Positions 20,101 to 29,368 of a DNA stretch of 64,000 bases are shown here, piece after piece. Location: positions 4,768,001-4,832,000 of the forward strand of contig OZ245006.1 of NCBI GenBank assembly GCA_965223545.1. The letters run 5' to 3'. Origin of the DNA: Planctomycetota bacterium. GTDB taxonomy: Bacteria > Planctomycetota > UBA1135 > UBA2386. The position numbers and the translations under genes were made by a program. The notes below the pieces were generated by a model. That model was given only the letters and a program-made list of their open reading frames with translations, did no database searches and was not told where the DNA came from. Numbering within the stretch: position 1 is the first letter of the stretch; each line of letters begins with the position of its first letter.

Positions 20101-21806
20101 GTCTGGGCTTGGGTGCGGCAGTGGAAGCCGCCCTCGACCGGGCCGGCGCGGCTGGACCGCGCGTGAAGCTCGCGTTCGACGCGGCGATGGCTGGCGATGC
20201 GACGGCGTGGCAACGGTCGTTGGCGCCGCTCGCGGGGGCGCCCGCGCTGACGATCCTGCACCTGTGGGGGGTCATGGATGCCGACGCGAAGCCCGACGCC
20301 GAGGGTGCCCAGCGCCGCGGCTTCCACGCCTTGGTGGCGATCATCCGGGCGCTCGCCGATGCCTCGTTCCATCGCGTGCGGTTGTGCGCGGTGACCAACG
20401 ATCTGCACGGCATTGCCGGCGAGCCGGCTCGGCTCGTCGAGCGTGCTACCTCGATCGGTGTCTGTCGCGTCGCTTCGCAAGAGTTGCCGCACTGGCTCGG
20501 CCAAGCGGTCGACGTCGACTGGCGGGGCGATGGCACCTCGGCGGACCGCGTCGCGCGCCGTCTCCTGCAGGAGGCCGGCGATTTCGCCGCGCCGCCCGTG
20601 GTCGCGCACCGCGGGGCCGCGCGGTTCGCGCAGACCGTCGTTCCGCAGCCGATGCCGGCGGTCGGTGGCGACGAGCGGCCTTGGCAGTCCGCTGGTGCGA
20701 CCTACTTGATCACCGGTGGACTGGGCGGCATCGGTCTCGAGTTCGCGCGCTTCCTGGCGCAGGCCGGTGCGCCGCACTTGGTGCTCACCAGTCGGAGCGG
20801 GCTGCCGCCGCGCGCTGAGTGGGATGCGGCCAGCGCCGCGGGTGGCACCGTGGGCGGCGCGGTCGACGCGGTCCGCGCGCTCGAGGCGTGTGGCGCCACG
20901 GTGACCGTGGTTGCCGCCGACGTCGCGCGCCGCACCGACATGTGGCGCGCGCTGGAGGAGGTCGCCGAGCGGGGCGGTGAGGTGCGCGGTGTGTTCCACT
21001 CCGCCGGCGTGTCGGATGCCACCGCGTTGACCGAGCTGGACGCCGCCGCGGCCGACCGCGTGCTGCAGGCCAAGCTCAAGGGCACGCTCGTGCTGGCCCA
21101 GCTGCTGCAGCCGGAGAAGCTCGATTTCTTCGTGGTCTGCTCGTCACTGTCGGCGTTGCTCGGTGGTCTCGGGGCAGCGGCCTACGCCGGCGCCAACGCG
21201 TTCCTCGACGCGTTTGCGCAGATGCGTGCCGCTGGTGGTGACGGCGCGCCGCCGGTGATTGCCGTCGACTGGGACACCTGGCGCGACGTCGGTCTGATCA
21301 CCCGCATCGAGGACCCGGCGGAACGCGCCGCGGCCGAGGCCGCCACCGCCGACGCGATCGCCAAGAGCGAGGCGCCGGAGCTGTTTGCCCGCATCCTGGC
21401 CAGGCCGTTGCCGCAGGTCGCGGTGTCGACCACCGACCTCGGCGAGCGGATGCGCCGCAGCGCGGCGCGCACCGAGGCCGCCGCCGAACAGACCCCGGAC
21501 AGTGCATCGCCCGGGGCGGCGGCGGGCAGCGGCGAGCACGCGGCCGCGGCGCCGGCCACGGAAGCCGCGCCGGCCCACGACGCCTCCGCGATGGAGCAGG
21601 TCATCCTCCAGTGCGTGCAGCAGCTCATGGGCATCGACGACGTCGAGGCGGAGGACAGCTTCTTCGAACTCGGCGTCGACTCACTGATCGCGCACCGGAT
21701 GGCGGTACGCCTGCGCGAGCCGCTCGGCATGACCGTGCCGTTGCGCGCCGTGCTGGAGACCGGCTCGCCGCGGGCGCTGGCTGCTTACCTGAGTGACCTC
21801 GGCTGA
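17175..21806 (+). CDS. Type I polyketide synthase, single module KS-AT-KR-ACP
   Basis: KS: QTACSTS, HGTAT, KSNFGH. AT: GHSVG, HAFH. KR: ITGGLGGIG, YAGAN. ACP: FFELGVDSL. No thioesterase. Confidence 0.95.
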   Translation: MSDSRPMTDDSPTAAARWRSLCDRALRQREALRAIGGEDPNAIAVVGMACRFPGAGDIEAYWRNLRDGVESVSAFSREEAVANGADPDLVGDPDYVLAGAVLEDVDAFDAKFFGINPKEAAAMDPQHRVFLECAWNALEHAGYAPEQCPRSTAVFGGCGLATRHIQDLAESADLNASLAVAQLGVGSYADFLCTRVSFKLGLQGPGLDMQTACSTSLVAVAMGWQALRTQQCDMVLAGGVSIRYPRRTGYLYTPGEILSPDGHCRPFDAMAMGTVAGEGVGVVVLKRLADAIADGDQVYCVVRGAALNNDGDDKVSFYATSVEAQADVVLEGMAHAGVEPRAVSYVECHGTATPLGDPIEIASLDRAFRAATADRGFCAIGSVKSNFGHADAAAGVAGVIKTALALRHRTLPASLHYRAPNPEIDFEATPFHVNATTTDWSTDGPRYAGINSFGIGGTNAHVVLQEAPELPPTDPGRAAELLVVSAKSEAALEQSAARLAAHLRAAGEPPLADVAFTTQVGRAAFTHRRCAVGADAEELAAALEASDRRRPAVVEGDPPPVVFVFPGQGAQHVDMGRALYDGEPVYREALDQCAALLEPHLGTDLRAVLYPAETTETAHEAAAQQLQQTRLTQPALFAVEYATAQLWMSLGVRPAAMAGHSVGELVAATLAGVFALADAVRIVAARGAMMQDLPAGSMLSVPLSEADVQEYVGAEVSVAAVNGPASCVLAGPNAAIASVSSALEAKGLPCRALKTSHAFHSAMMQPIVAPFAALVGEVERSPAQIPCVSTVTGDWIDARDWVDPEYWARNLRQPVRFYDAARALVAEPRVVLEVGPGRTLSALIKQHAARAGKRTVLTSLRHPQDPPENDLRTWLASVGRLWCEGIGVDWRAFWAGRRRRRVPLPGYPFERVPFAIARTGHRTPAAAASAAGPARAPVAARLPLERWFSLPTWVRSAWPPVEAAVGEGGWLILDDGLGLGAAVEAALDRAGAAGPRVKLAFDAAMAGDATAWQRSLAPLAGAPALTILHLWGVMDADAKPDAEGAQRRGFHALVAIIRALADASFHRVRLCAVTNDLHGIAGEPARLVERATSIGVCRVASQELPHWLGQAVDVDWRGDGTSADRVARRLLQEAGDFAAPPVVAHRGAARFAQTVVPQPMPAVGGDERPWQSAGATYLITGGLGGIGLEFARFLAQAGAPHLVLTSRSGLPPRAEWDAASAAGGTVGGAVDAVRALEACGATVTVVAADVARRTDMWRALEEVAERGGEVRGVFHSAGVSDATALTELDAAAADRVLQAKLKGTLVLAQLLQPEKLDFFVVCSSLSALLGGLGAAAYAGANAFLDAFAQMRAAGGDGAPPVIAVDWDTWRDVGLITRIEDPAERAAAEAATADAIAKSEAPELFARILARPLPQVAVSTTDLGERMRRSAARTEAAAEQTPDSASPGAAAGSGEHAAAAPATEAAPAHDASAMEQVILQCVQQLMGIDDVEAEDSFFELGVDSLIAHRMAVRLREPLGMTVPLRAVLETGSPRALAAYLSDLG

Positions 21807-21898
21807 CGCGTCACCCCGTTGGAGCCGCGGTCCGCGTGGTCTCAGCGGATTACGCTGCCGAGCGGAGCGGTCGAGTTTGCCGGCAGGCCACGCGGTAC

Positions 21899-23722
21899 TC
21901 ATTGGCGCCAGTAGCCGGCGACCGCCTGCACGCCCGGTGCCGGGATCGTCGCCAGGATGCGCGACTCGTTGAGGTCGTACACCTGGACCTGTCCTGCGTC
22001 GGCGAGCGCGACGAACAGCATCACGGTGTTCACCGCCGGCGCGAAGATCCCCGCGCTGTGCTTGACGAGGCCTTTGCCGCTGTGCTGCGCGTAGCGCACG
22101 CTGCGCTTCCACGGCGCTGTCAGGTCGGGCATCGCGCCGAGGTTGACGATCTCGTCGAAGGCGAAGTCGGCGATCGCGTTGCCCGCGAAGCGCACGCCAC
22201 CCTGGCCGTCGCCGATGCGGTGCGTGATCGCCCATCCGCGCGCGCCGAGTCGGTCCGGGCGCGGTCCCGGTGCGGCGATGACTTCGAGTCGGCTGAGCAT
22301 GGCCGCCCCACTGCCGGTCTGGTGCCCGACCCAGACACCGGGCTGCAAGCTGCTGGCGTCCATGTGGATTGCGCTGATGTTGTGAATGCCGAGCGCGGGG
22401 CCGGGAATCGAGCCGACAATGTTGTCACTGCCGGCGGCGCGCGGCCCGGACTCGTACATCGCGATGGTGCCGTCGCCGTTGACGATGTGGGCGTAGTACA
22501 CCCAGCTGTTCAGGCCGAAGCCGAACTGCCGTGCGCTGACCACGACTTCGCTCGGGCCCCGGATCTGACGGCGCAGCTGCTTGCGCACTCCCAGCGTCAC
22601 GCCGTCGATGATGGTGACGGAGCCGTCGGCGGTGTTGCAGACGAGGAGGTCTTCGCCCTCCGGTTGCCAGGCGAGGCCGGATGCGCCGGCGCCGGTCGCG
22701 ACCGTCTCGACCACCTGGTGGAAGCGAGGGCTGAGTGGGTCGACGTCGATGAACGAAACCGTGCCGGGTGCACTGTTGCTGACCGCCAGCCATTGCAAGT
22801 GGGGCGCCATCGCCATGCTGGTGGGGTCGGGAAGATCGATGCTGGCGAGCACGGTGAAGCGGTTGCTGTTGAGCACGACCACGCGGCGGTTGTCGACATC
22901 GAGCGCGTACAGGAAGTGGCCGATCTGCTGCCGGCTGGTGAACGGACAGAACGGCGTTGGCGGTGGCGGAGCACCTGGTGGCGGCTGTGGACCGTAGAAC
23001 ACGCCGGGTCGCAGGGCGCCGAAGATGCCCAGCTGGCTGGGGTCGTTGCTCCACGGGTCCCCGGGGACCAGGGCATTCGACGGGCTCGGCAAGCAGGGTG
23101 GGACCGTGGTGAAGATGCCGCCGGGCGGTCCCGAGGAAGAAGTTATCGTCGGCTCTTCTCCGTCGATTCCGCGCACCGGGTTCGGCGACGGCGCAATCAG
23201 TCGTGGCGGGTTGGGGTGTGGGGCGATCGAGATCGAGTTGCCCGGCTGGATCTGTAGGGTGATCGGGTTGATCTGGTTGGCCGGGTTGACGTTCTGGTTG
23301 ATGTTCTCGTTGTTGTAGATCAGGTCGAGCGGTTGGCCGAGATGCAGGTCCGCGATCGCGCCAACCCGTGGCGCGCCGATCAGAAGAACGCTGTCCGCTT
23401 CGTTGCGCGTCAGGGTCAGCGCACCCTCGCCACCGCCGTCCAGGCTGCTGGTGCCGGGCGCCAGGGGTGGAAACACGCCGGGCGCGCCGACGTTGGGATT
23501 GAGCGGGAACCGCGACCGCCGAGGGTCGCCGGTGCCCTGGCCGAAGCCGTTGAGGTCGATCACCGAGATCCCGGGGCGCGCGCCGCCGGCGCCGATGTAG
23601 ATCGCTTCGGGCGCAACCGGCGCGTTGACGCGCGGGGACTGTGCCGCAGCGTTCAGGCCGACGGTGAGCAGGGCGAGGGGGGCGAGTGCAGGAATCGAGC
23701 GTTCGCGTTTTGGTCTGAGCAT
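21899..23722 (-). CDS. Secreted protein with Pro-rich N-terminal region and YVTN/YncE-like beta-propeller
   Basis: Signal peptide (AAAQ); propeller-like repeats (LAVSNS..GTVSFID, LLVCNTADGSVTIID); GAGG RBS. Confidence 0.75.
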   Translation of the reverse strand: MLRPKRERSIPALAPLALLTVGLNAAAQSPRVNAPVAPEAIYIGAGGARPGISVIDLNGFGQGTGDPRRSRFPLNPNVGAPGVFPPLAPGTSSLDGGGEGALTLTRNEADSVLLIGAPRVGAIADLHLGQPLDLIYNNENINQNVNPANQINPITLQIQPGNSISIAPHPNPPRLIAPSPNPVRGIDGEEPTITSSSGPPGGIFTTVPPCLPSPSNALVPGDPWSNDPSQLGIFGALRPGVFYGPQPPPGAPPPPTPFCPFTSRQQIGHFLYALDVDNRRVVVLNSNRFTVLASIDLPDPTSMAMAPHLQWLAVSNSAPGTVSFIDVDPLSPRFHQVVETVATGAGASGLAWQPEGEDLLVCNTADGSVTIIDGVTLGVRKQLRRQIRGPSEVVVSARQFGFGLNSWVYYAHIVNGDGTIAMYESGPRAAGSDNIVGSIPGPALGIHNISAIHMDASSLQPGVWVGHQTGSGAAMLSRLEVIAAPGPRPDRLGARGWAITHRIGDGQGGVRFAGNAIADFAFDEIVNLGAMPDLTAPWKRSVRYAQHSGKGLVKHSAGIFAPAVNTVMLFVALADAGQVQVYDLNESRILATIPAPGVQAVAGYWRQ

Positions 23723-23908
23723 GTCACCTCTCTTCGTTGGTCGTCCTAGCGACACGCTTCCCACTCCGTCACCGCTCGCGCGCGTTTCTCCGCCGAACAA
23801 TCAGCGCTTTTTCGCTGTGTGTCGCCCGCGCGCTACACCCTCTCGCCAGTGAGCAATCGCCGGACCGTGAATGGCAAACCGCACTCGATTCGATCTCGGA
23901 TCAGCGCG

Positions 23909-23944
23909 TTGACGGGGGCTTTACTTTGCAATACAAAGTAAAGC
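23909..23944 (+). promoter_or_regulatory. Sigma70 promoter overlapped by a perfect 11-bp inverted-repeat operator; leaderless transcript
   Basis: TTGACG(23909)-N17-TACAAA(23932); GCTTTACTTTG-CAATA-CAAAGTAAAGC (23918-23944) directly abuts ATG 23945. Confidence 0.75.
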
Positions 23945-24751
23945 ATGAGCCGCGCGCGCACCAGCCTCTTCACCACGGTCGACCGACTGCTCCGGGGCGA
24001 CCTGGTGCCAATCGAGGACTTGCGCTGCGGCCATGTCCGCGTCCCGGCGTCACGGATGCTCGTGTTGGTCGCGGCGTTGGGCGGGTTCTACGGCTTGATG
24101 ATGGGGCTCTTCGCGGTGACCGGCGGCCGCGGCTCCGATGGTTGGCTACAGCTCTTCGCGGCTTCGGTGAAGGTCCCCCTGCTCTTCGTCGCGACGTTGC
24201 TGGTCACGTTTCCGTCTCTCTTCGTGTTCTCCGCGCTGCTGCGCTCGCGGCTCGGCTTCCACAGCACGCTGCGCATGATCCTGGTCGGCCTGGGCATCAA
24301 TCTGGCCGTGCTCGCGAGCTTTGGTCCGGTCACCGCGTTCTTCACTCTGTCGACGTCGAGCTACCCCTTCATCCTGCTGCTCAACGTCCTGCTGTTTGGC
24401 GTCGCCGGGTTGATCGGCTTGGGTGTCCTGCGCCGGATGCTCGACGTCGCCTGTGCGCCAGCGGCCGCTGAGGCCCGCGCGCCGGAGCCTCAGCCCGTCG
24501 TGGCTGTCGAGGCCGCCACCGATGCCGACGGCGCGCCGACCCCATCGCAGCGTCCGCGGGAACCCCGGCCAGACCCGGCGCGCCGCGTGTTCAGCGTGTG
24601 GCTGTTGATCTACGGCGCGGTGGGGGCCCAGATGGCTTGGGTCCTGCGTCCGTTCGTCGGCACGCCGAACCAGCCGTTCGAGTGGTTTCGCGCGCGAGAC
24701 TCGAACTTCTTCCTCGGTGTTCTCGAGGCGCTCGGCGCCCTGTTTTCCTGA
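23945..24751 (+). CDS. Multi-pass membrane protein of unknown function
   Basis: About 5 TM segments; KVPLL and QMAWVLRPF motifs. Confidence 0.85.
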   Translation: MSRARTSLFTTVDRLLRGDLVPIEDLRCGHVRVPASRMLVLVAALGGFYGLMMGLFAVTGGRGSDGWLQLFAASVKVPLLFVATLLVTFPSLFVFSALLRSRLGFHSTLRMILVGLGINLAVLASFGPVTAFFTLSTSSYPFILLLNVLLFGVAGLIGLGVLRRMLDVACAPAAAEARAPEPQPVVAVEAATDADGAPTPSQRPREPRPDPARRVFSVWLLIYGAVGAQMAWVLRPFVGTPNQPFEWFRARDSNFFLGVLEALGALFS

Positions 24752-24753
24752 TC

Positions 24754-25401
24754 GTGGCGGCGTTCGAGAGTCTGCTGCGCAGCGAGGGCCCGTTCGCAGC
24801 GGGACGCGGGGTCGTGCGTTGGCAACCGCTGCTGCTCTGGGGAGTTCTGGGTGGCATCGCGTACGGCACCGCGATGGGCTCCTATGGCGGCGTCCCCTTG
24901 CAGTCGCTGTACTCAGGCTTGAAGGTGCCGCTGCTGACGTTCGGCACCATGGCGCTGTGCTTACCCAGCGCCTACGCCGTGAACACTGCGCTCGGCCTGC
25001 GCGACGATTTTTCAGCGGTCTTGCGCGGGATCCTCGTCACGCAGGGCACGGTGTGCGGTGTGCTTCTCGCCTTCGCGCCGATCACGCTGGTGGCGTACAG
25101 CGGTTGTGCCAGCAAGCCGGCGGCGGTGGTCGCCAACGGCCTCGTGTTCGCGCTGGCGACCGGTGCCGGCCAGCTCACGTTGGCGCGCCACTACCGGCCA
25201 CTGGTCGAGCGCGATCGCAAGCACCGCGTGGGTTGGTTGGGATGGTCGCTGCTCTACGTGTTCGTCGCGATCCAGCTGGCTTGGGTGTTGCGACCCTGGC
25301 TGGGTAGCGAAGGTCTGGAGACGACGTTCTTTCGCGAAACCAAGTGGGGCAACGCGTACGTCTACATCGCCGATGTCGTCTGGCGGCTACTGGCGTTCTA
25401 G
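24754..25401 (+). CDS. Multi-pass membrane protein, paralog of the upstream gene
   Basis: KVPLL and QLAWVLRPW motifs shared with 23945..24751; GTG start just after the upstream stop. Confidence 0.8.
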   Translation: MAAFESLLRSEGPFAAGRGVVRWQPLLLWGVLGGIAYGTAMGSYGGVPLQSLYSGLKVPLLTFGTMALCLPSAYAVNTALGLRDDFSAVLRGILVTQGTVCGVLLAFAPITLVAYSGCASKPAAVVANGLVFALATGAGQLTLARHYRPLVERDRKHRVGWLGWSLLYVFVAIQLAWVLRPWLGSEGLETTFFRETKWGNAYVYIADVVWRLLAF

Positions 25402-25412
25402 TGGTCTGTGAT

Positions 25413-26735
25413 TCACACCACTAGCGTCGGTGGTGTTCCCTTTGCTCCGGCGCCTCGCCGCGCGATCCAGTAGAGCAGGGAGCCGATTGCCAGGTAGATC
25501 GCGGTGCGGCCGAACGTCGCGATTCCGACCTGGGTGAGCAGCGCGATGCACACGATCGCGCCGGCGGCGGCGACTGCGCGCGCGCCGGAGAGCTTCAGCC
25601 GCGGAATCGCAGCGATCACGATCAGGTAGATCAGCAGTCGCGTCAGCACGCTGATCTTCGCCAGCTCGACGAACGACCCGGTCGCCGCCAACGCGAACAC
25701 CGCGATGCCATACACCGTGATCGAGAACGCTGGCGTCCTGTAGACGGGATGAACGCGCCCGAACGCCGCCGGCAGCGAGCCGTCGCGGGCCAGGGCGTAG
25801 GGGATGCGCGGGGTCGAGAACATCGCCGAAGCGACGTTGCCGCCGACCGAGATCACGATGCCGATCGTCAGCAGCACGGCCCCCATCGGGCCGAGCACCG
25901 CTTCGCCGACCGCGACCAGGGGCCGACCCACGGCGCCGTGCAGGTCGGGCAGTACGGCGACGCAGACGGTTTGGATCAAGACGTAGAGGGCGGTCACCGC
26001 TGCCAGTGCCCACAGCAGGGCGCGCGGCACGGAGCGCGTCGGATCGCGGGTCTCGCCGGCGGGAATGACCGCGGCCTCCCAGCCGACGTAGGCGTAGACC
26101 AGCAGCATGACCGCTTCGCCAGTCGTGCGGAGCGATGGCAGCGGCGTGTCGCCGATGGGAAGCGCGGTGCTGTCGACGTGCGTCAGCCCGACGATCACGA
26201 GCGCGAGCAGCGGCCCGGCCTTGAGCACGGTCAGGACGCCGATCGAGGCGATGGCGTGGCGTGCGCCGGCGACGTTGACCCAGGTGAGGGCCACGCAGAG
26301 CAGCGCCAGGAGCGCGATACGCACCGCGCCGTGGTTTGCCGCGGGCCAGAAGTAATCGAGCGTGGCGACCAACAGGCTGATGTTGGCGGCCGACGCGGAC
26401 AAGCGGGTGATGAAGAAGGCCCACCCGACTTGGAACGCGGCAAACGGACCGAACGCCGCATCGGCGTAGCGCACGGGGCCGCCGGTGTCGCGGAACTGGC
26501 TGGCAACCGCCGCGAACGACAGGACGATCGGCGCCATGAGCAGGCCGCACAGTAGAAACATCAACGGGCTGTAAACCCCGGTGAGCCGCTCGGCCGCGCC
26601 GGGAGTGCCGAAGATGCCGGCTCCGATCGTGCCGTTGATGGCGAGGACCCAGACGCCGAGCGTGCCGAACTCGCGCACCAGGGTCGGGGCGGAAGTCGTC
26701 GAGGCGTCGGCTTGAGGTGTGGGTCGGCTTGCCAC
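25413..26735 (-). CDS. APC-family amino acid permease
   Basis: IGAGIF, YAYVGWE, GETRDP, ALARDGSLP motifs; about 12 TM segments. Confidence 0.92.
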   Translation of the reverse strand: MASRPTPQADASTTSAPTLVREFGTLGVWVLAINGTIGAGIFGTPGAAERLTGVYSPLMFLLCGLLMAPIVLSFAAVASQFRDTGGPVRYADAAFGPFAAFQVGWAFFITRLSASAANISLLVATLDYFWPAANHGAVRIALLALLCVALTWVNVAGARHAIASIGVLTVLKAGPLLALVIVGLTHVDSTALPIGDTPLPSLRTTGEAVMLLVYAYVGWEAAVIPAGETRDPTRSVPRALLWALAAVTALYVLIQTVCVAVLPDLHGAVGRPLVAVGEAVLGPMGAVLLTIGIVISVGGNVASAMFSTPRIPYALARDGSLPAAFGRVHPVYRTPAFSITVYGIAVFALAATGSFVELAKISVLTRLLIYLIVIAAIPRLKLSGARAVAAAGAIVCIALLTQVGIATFGRTAIYLAIGSLLYWIARRGAGAKGTPPTLVV

Positions 26736-26820
26736 GGTGCGGCTGGATTGCGCCGGCTCGGAGCTTAGCAGGTGCGCAACGAGGCGAGCCGCCGGCGGGC
26801 TGCTAATCTCGACGCTTGCG

Positions 26821-27594
26821 ATGGCGCGGTTGACGACACAGTACGTCGAGGACGACTACCGGCGAACCCTCGAGACGGTGTCGGACTACGAGCAGGCGCG
26901 TTGGCTCGCCAACCGGCGCAATCGCGAGGACTTCCGGATGATGGCCGCGTTCATCGACGAGGCCATCGGCGGGGCTGTAGATGCGACCGAACCTCTGTCG
27001 GTCATCGAAGTGGGGCCGGGCGCCGGGACCTGGACCAAGCGTTTGCGCGCGCAGCGACCGCGTGCGTCGTTCACGCTGGTCGACATCTCCGACCCCATGC
27101 TGGCGCAGGCGCGGGCCAACCTGGGGGAGCCGGCCGACATCGGCTACGTGCACGGGGACTTCGCGCAGGTCGAGCTGCCCACTTGCGACTTGCTGTTCTC
27201 GGCCCGCGCGCTCGAGTACTTCCCCGACAAGCGCGTGTTCGTCGCGCGGGCGCGCGAGGTGCTGCGCCCCGGTGGGCGCGGCATCGTCATCACCAAGAGC
27301 CCTTCGTTTTGGCCACGCGTGCGGGCCAGAAGGCGCGGCAGAGACGAGCCACTGCTGCACAGCGAGCAGATCGCGCCGGCGGACTTGGCCGTGCTCCTGC
27401 GCGAGGCCGGCTTCGAGGCAGTGCGCTGTGATCCGGTGGTGTTGCGCCTGCCGTATCGGCTGCCGCTGCAGGTCGCGAGCCGCGTCGTGTGGCGTTGGCT
27501 GCGCCGCGGCGGCATGCGGGCGGCGGAAGGGCGCTTTTGTGAGGCGTACGCCGCGACCTTCACCGCGCCCGCAGTGCCTGTCGCGCGGCGCTGA
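26821..27594 (+). CDS. Class I SAM-dependent methyltransferase
   Basis: VIEVGPGAG, VDIS..ML, LRPGG motifs. Confidence 0.88.
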   Translation: MARLTTQYVEDDYRRTLETVSDYEQARWLANRRNREDFRMMAAFIDEAIGGAVDATEPLSVIEVGPGAGTWTKRLRAQRPRASFTLVDISDPMLAQARANLGEPADIGYVHGDFAQVELPTCDLLFSARALEYFPDKRVFVARAREVLRPGGRGIVITKSPSFWPRVRARRRGRDEPLLHSEQIAPADLAVLLREAGFEAVRCDPVVLRLPYRLPLQVASRVVWRWLRRGGMRAAEGRFCEAYAATFTAPAVPVARR

Positions 27595-28141
27595 TCACCA
27601 CTGCGAGGGGTGGCGTGGCGTCGATGCGGTGGATCGCCGGTGCCACCCGCAGCAAGGCCTCGAAGAAGCGCTGGTGCTCGTCGTAGACCGAGTCGTGCAG
27701 AGTATAGGTTGCCCGCTCCGCGACGCGCCGCTTGGCGGTCTCGATGGGCACGTCGAGAAACACTCCGGTGAGTGGCGGCAAGGTCGAGAGCACGCGCTCG
27801 AGGGTCTTCGGTGCGTCGCACAGCTGCCGGCTGACGGTGGGGTGTTGTGCGAGGGTCTGCAGGAACCCGTGCTGGGTCACTCCGGGTCCGTACTCCCAGC
27901 ATCGCTTGACCATCGCCCTGGCGATGATGCGGCCGCCCCGGCCCCAAGCTGACAATGTGGCCAGGGTCTTGCTGCAGCGGACCAGTTGTCTACTGGCAGG
28001 TGCGATGCGAGCGAGATCGGCGCGGCGGAAGCGGTGGCGCCGCCACGCCAACACGGGCGCGAGCGCTGGCATTCCCAGCTGGCGAGCCACGCTCGACTTC
28101 CCCGCGCCGGGCAGCCCGATCATCTCGACGTAACGCTGCAC
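27560..28141 (-). CDS. P-loop NTPase / nucleotide-kinase-like protein
   Basis: Walker A GLPGAGKS near the N-terminus; VFLDVPIETAKRRV lid-like motif; GTG start inferred. Confidence 0.6.
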   Translation of the reverse strand: MQRYVEMIGLPGAGKSSVARQLGMPALAPVLAWRRHRFRRADLARIAPASRQLVRCSKTLATLSAWGRGGRIIARAMVKRCWEYGPGVTQHGFLQTLAQHPTVSRQLCDAPKTLERVLSTLPPLTGVFLDVPIETAKRRVAERATYTLHDSVYDEHQRFFEALLRVAPAIHRIDATPPLAVVISAARQALRAR

Positions 28142-28148
28142 GGTTCGC

Positions 28149-29291
28149 TCAGCCGCGGGATCGGCCCTTCGCCGGCGCGGACTTTTCGCCGAGCTCGACG
28201 AACTCGGCGAGCTCCGCCCGCAGTTGCTGCAGGTCACGCTCATAGGCCTCGCGCTGCGCTGGGGGCACGCGCGGGCCGACGGCCTCGAGTGCCGCGATCG
28301 CCTGGCGTTGGGCGGCGGCCGCTTCCGCGTGGCGGCCGAGCTGGGCGAGGATGCCGGCGTGCATCGTGTGGTGGTACTCGGTCTCCGGCTCGAGCTCCGC
28401 GGCGCGCGCGGCACAGCGCAGCGCGAGCTCCAGGTCGCGGTCGGCGTCCGGGACGGGATACTTCGAGTCACCGGACACCACCCAGGCGATCTGGTAGAGC
28501 AGCCACGGATTGTCGTCCCATACGCTGGCGGCGACGGCGCGCACTTCGCGGTAGGCGCGTTCGAGGTCCCCGATGTGGCTCAGCAGGATGCCGAGCTTGG
28601 TCGGCACGTAGGTGTCGTGCTCGGGGCTGGAGGTGATGATCTCGTCCAGAGCGGTGATCGCGTCCTCCCAGGCCTGCGCGGCCATCGCTGCGCGCAGGGC
28701 GGCGGTGGCTTCTTTGAACTGACGGTTCGCCATCTGTTGGGCGGCGATCTCGGCGCGGTGTGCTCGGCGGTCCCAAGTGCCGGCGACGACTGCTGCGAGG
28801 ACCGGGTCGAGCGCGCTGGGATGCCCCAGCCACTCGACATGGCCGTCGGTGCCGATGACGAAGGCCACCGGCAGGCCCCTCGTCTGCGCCGCTTCGCGGT
28901 AGTCCGCGCGCACCGAGCCGTCGGGGTCGGTTCCCAGCGTGTAGCGGATGCGGTCATTCTGGATGCGTCCCTCGCCGGCGCTGCCGCAGAGGAAGTCGAC
29001 CACCTTCTGCAGCGGTTCGTCACTCAAGCCGACGACGGTGACGCCGGCGTCCGCGTAGCGCTCCTGCAACTCGGACAAGTGGTCCATGTTCGCGATGCAC
29101 GGCCCGCACCAGGTCGCCCAGAACTCGACCACGTGGATCGAGTCGGGAGCGAACGCGGTGATCGCGTCGCCCTTCAGCCAGTGCCCCACGTCGAGCGGGG
29201 GGGCGGGAGCGCCGACCGTGAGCGCCTGGGCGGCTGGCGTGGCCGCGAGCAGCAGGATGCCGAAGAGAGTGTGTCGACAGCGGGCCATCAT
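28149..29291 (-). CDS. Exported TlpA/redoxin-like thiol-disulfide oxidoreductase with helical (TPR-like) C-terminus
   Basis: Signal peptide; EFWATWCGPC. Confidence 0.88.
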   Translation of the reverse strand: MMARCRHTLFGILLLAATPAAQALTVGAPAPPLDVGHWLKGDAITAFAPDSIHVVEFWATWCGPCIANMDHLSELQERYADAGVTVVGLSDEPLQKVVDFLCGSAGEGRIQNDRIRYTLGTDPDGSVRADYREAAQTRGLPVAFVIGTDGHVEWLGHPSALDPVLAAVVAGTWDRRAHRAEIAAQQMANRQFKEATAALRAAMAAQAWEDAITALDEIITSSPEHDTYVPTKLGILLSHIGDLERAYREVRAVAASVWDDNPWLLYQIAWVVSGDSKYPVPDADRDLELALRCAARAAELEPETEYHHTMHAGILAQLGRHAEAAAAQRQAIAALEAVGPRVPPAQREAYERDLQQLRAELAEFVELGEKSAPAKGRSRG

Positions 29292-29368
29292 GCGCGGGAG
29301 GATAGACGGACCGGGGCGCGTTGTGCGCCGGTGGGCGTACTCGGGCGGATGTCCCCGGGGCGGGACTC

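Noticed and set aside
27560..27594. 35-bp convergent overlap between the methyltransferase and P-loop genes
   Set aside because: Short 3' overlaps are common in GC-rich genomes; no further signal.
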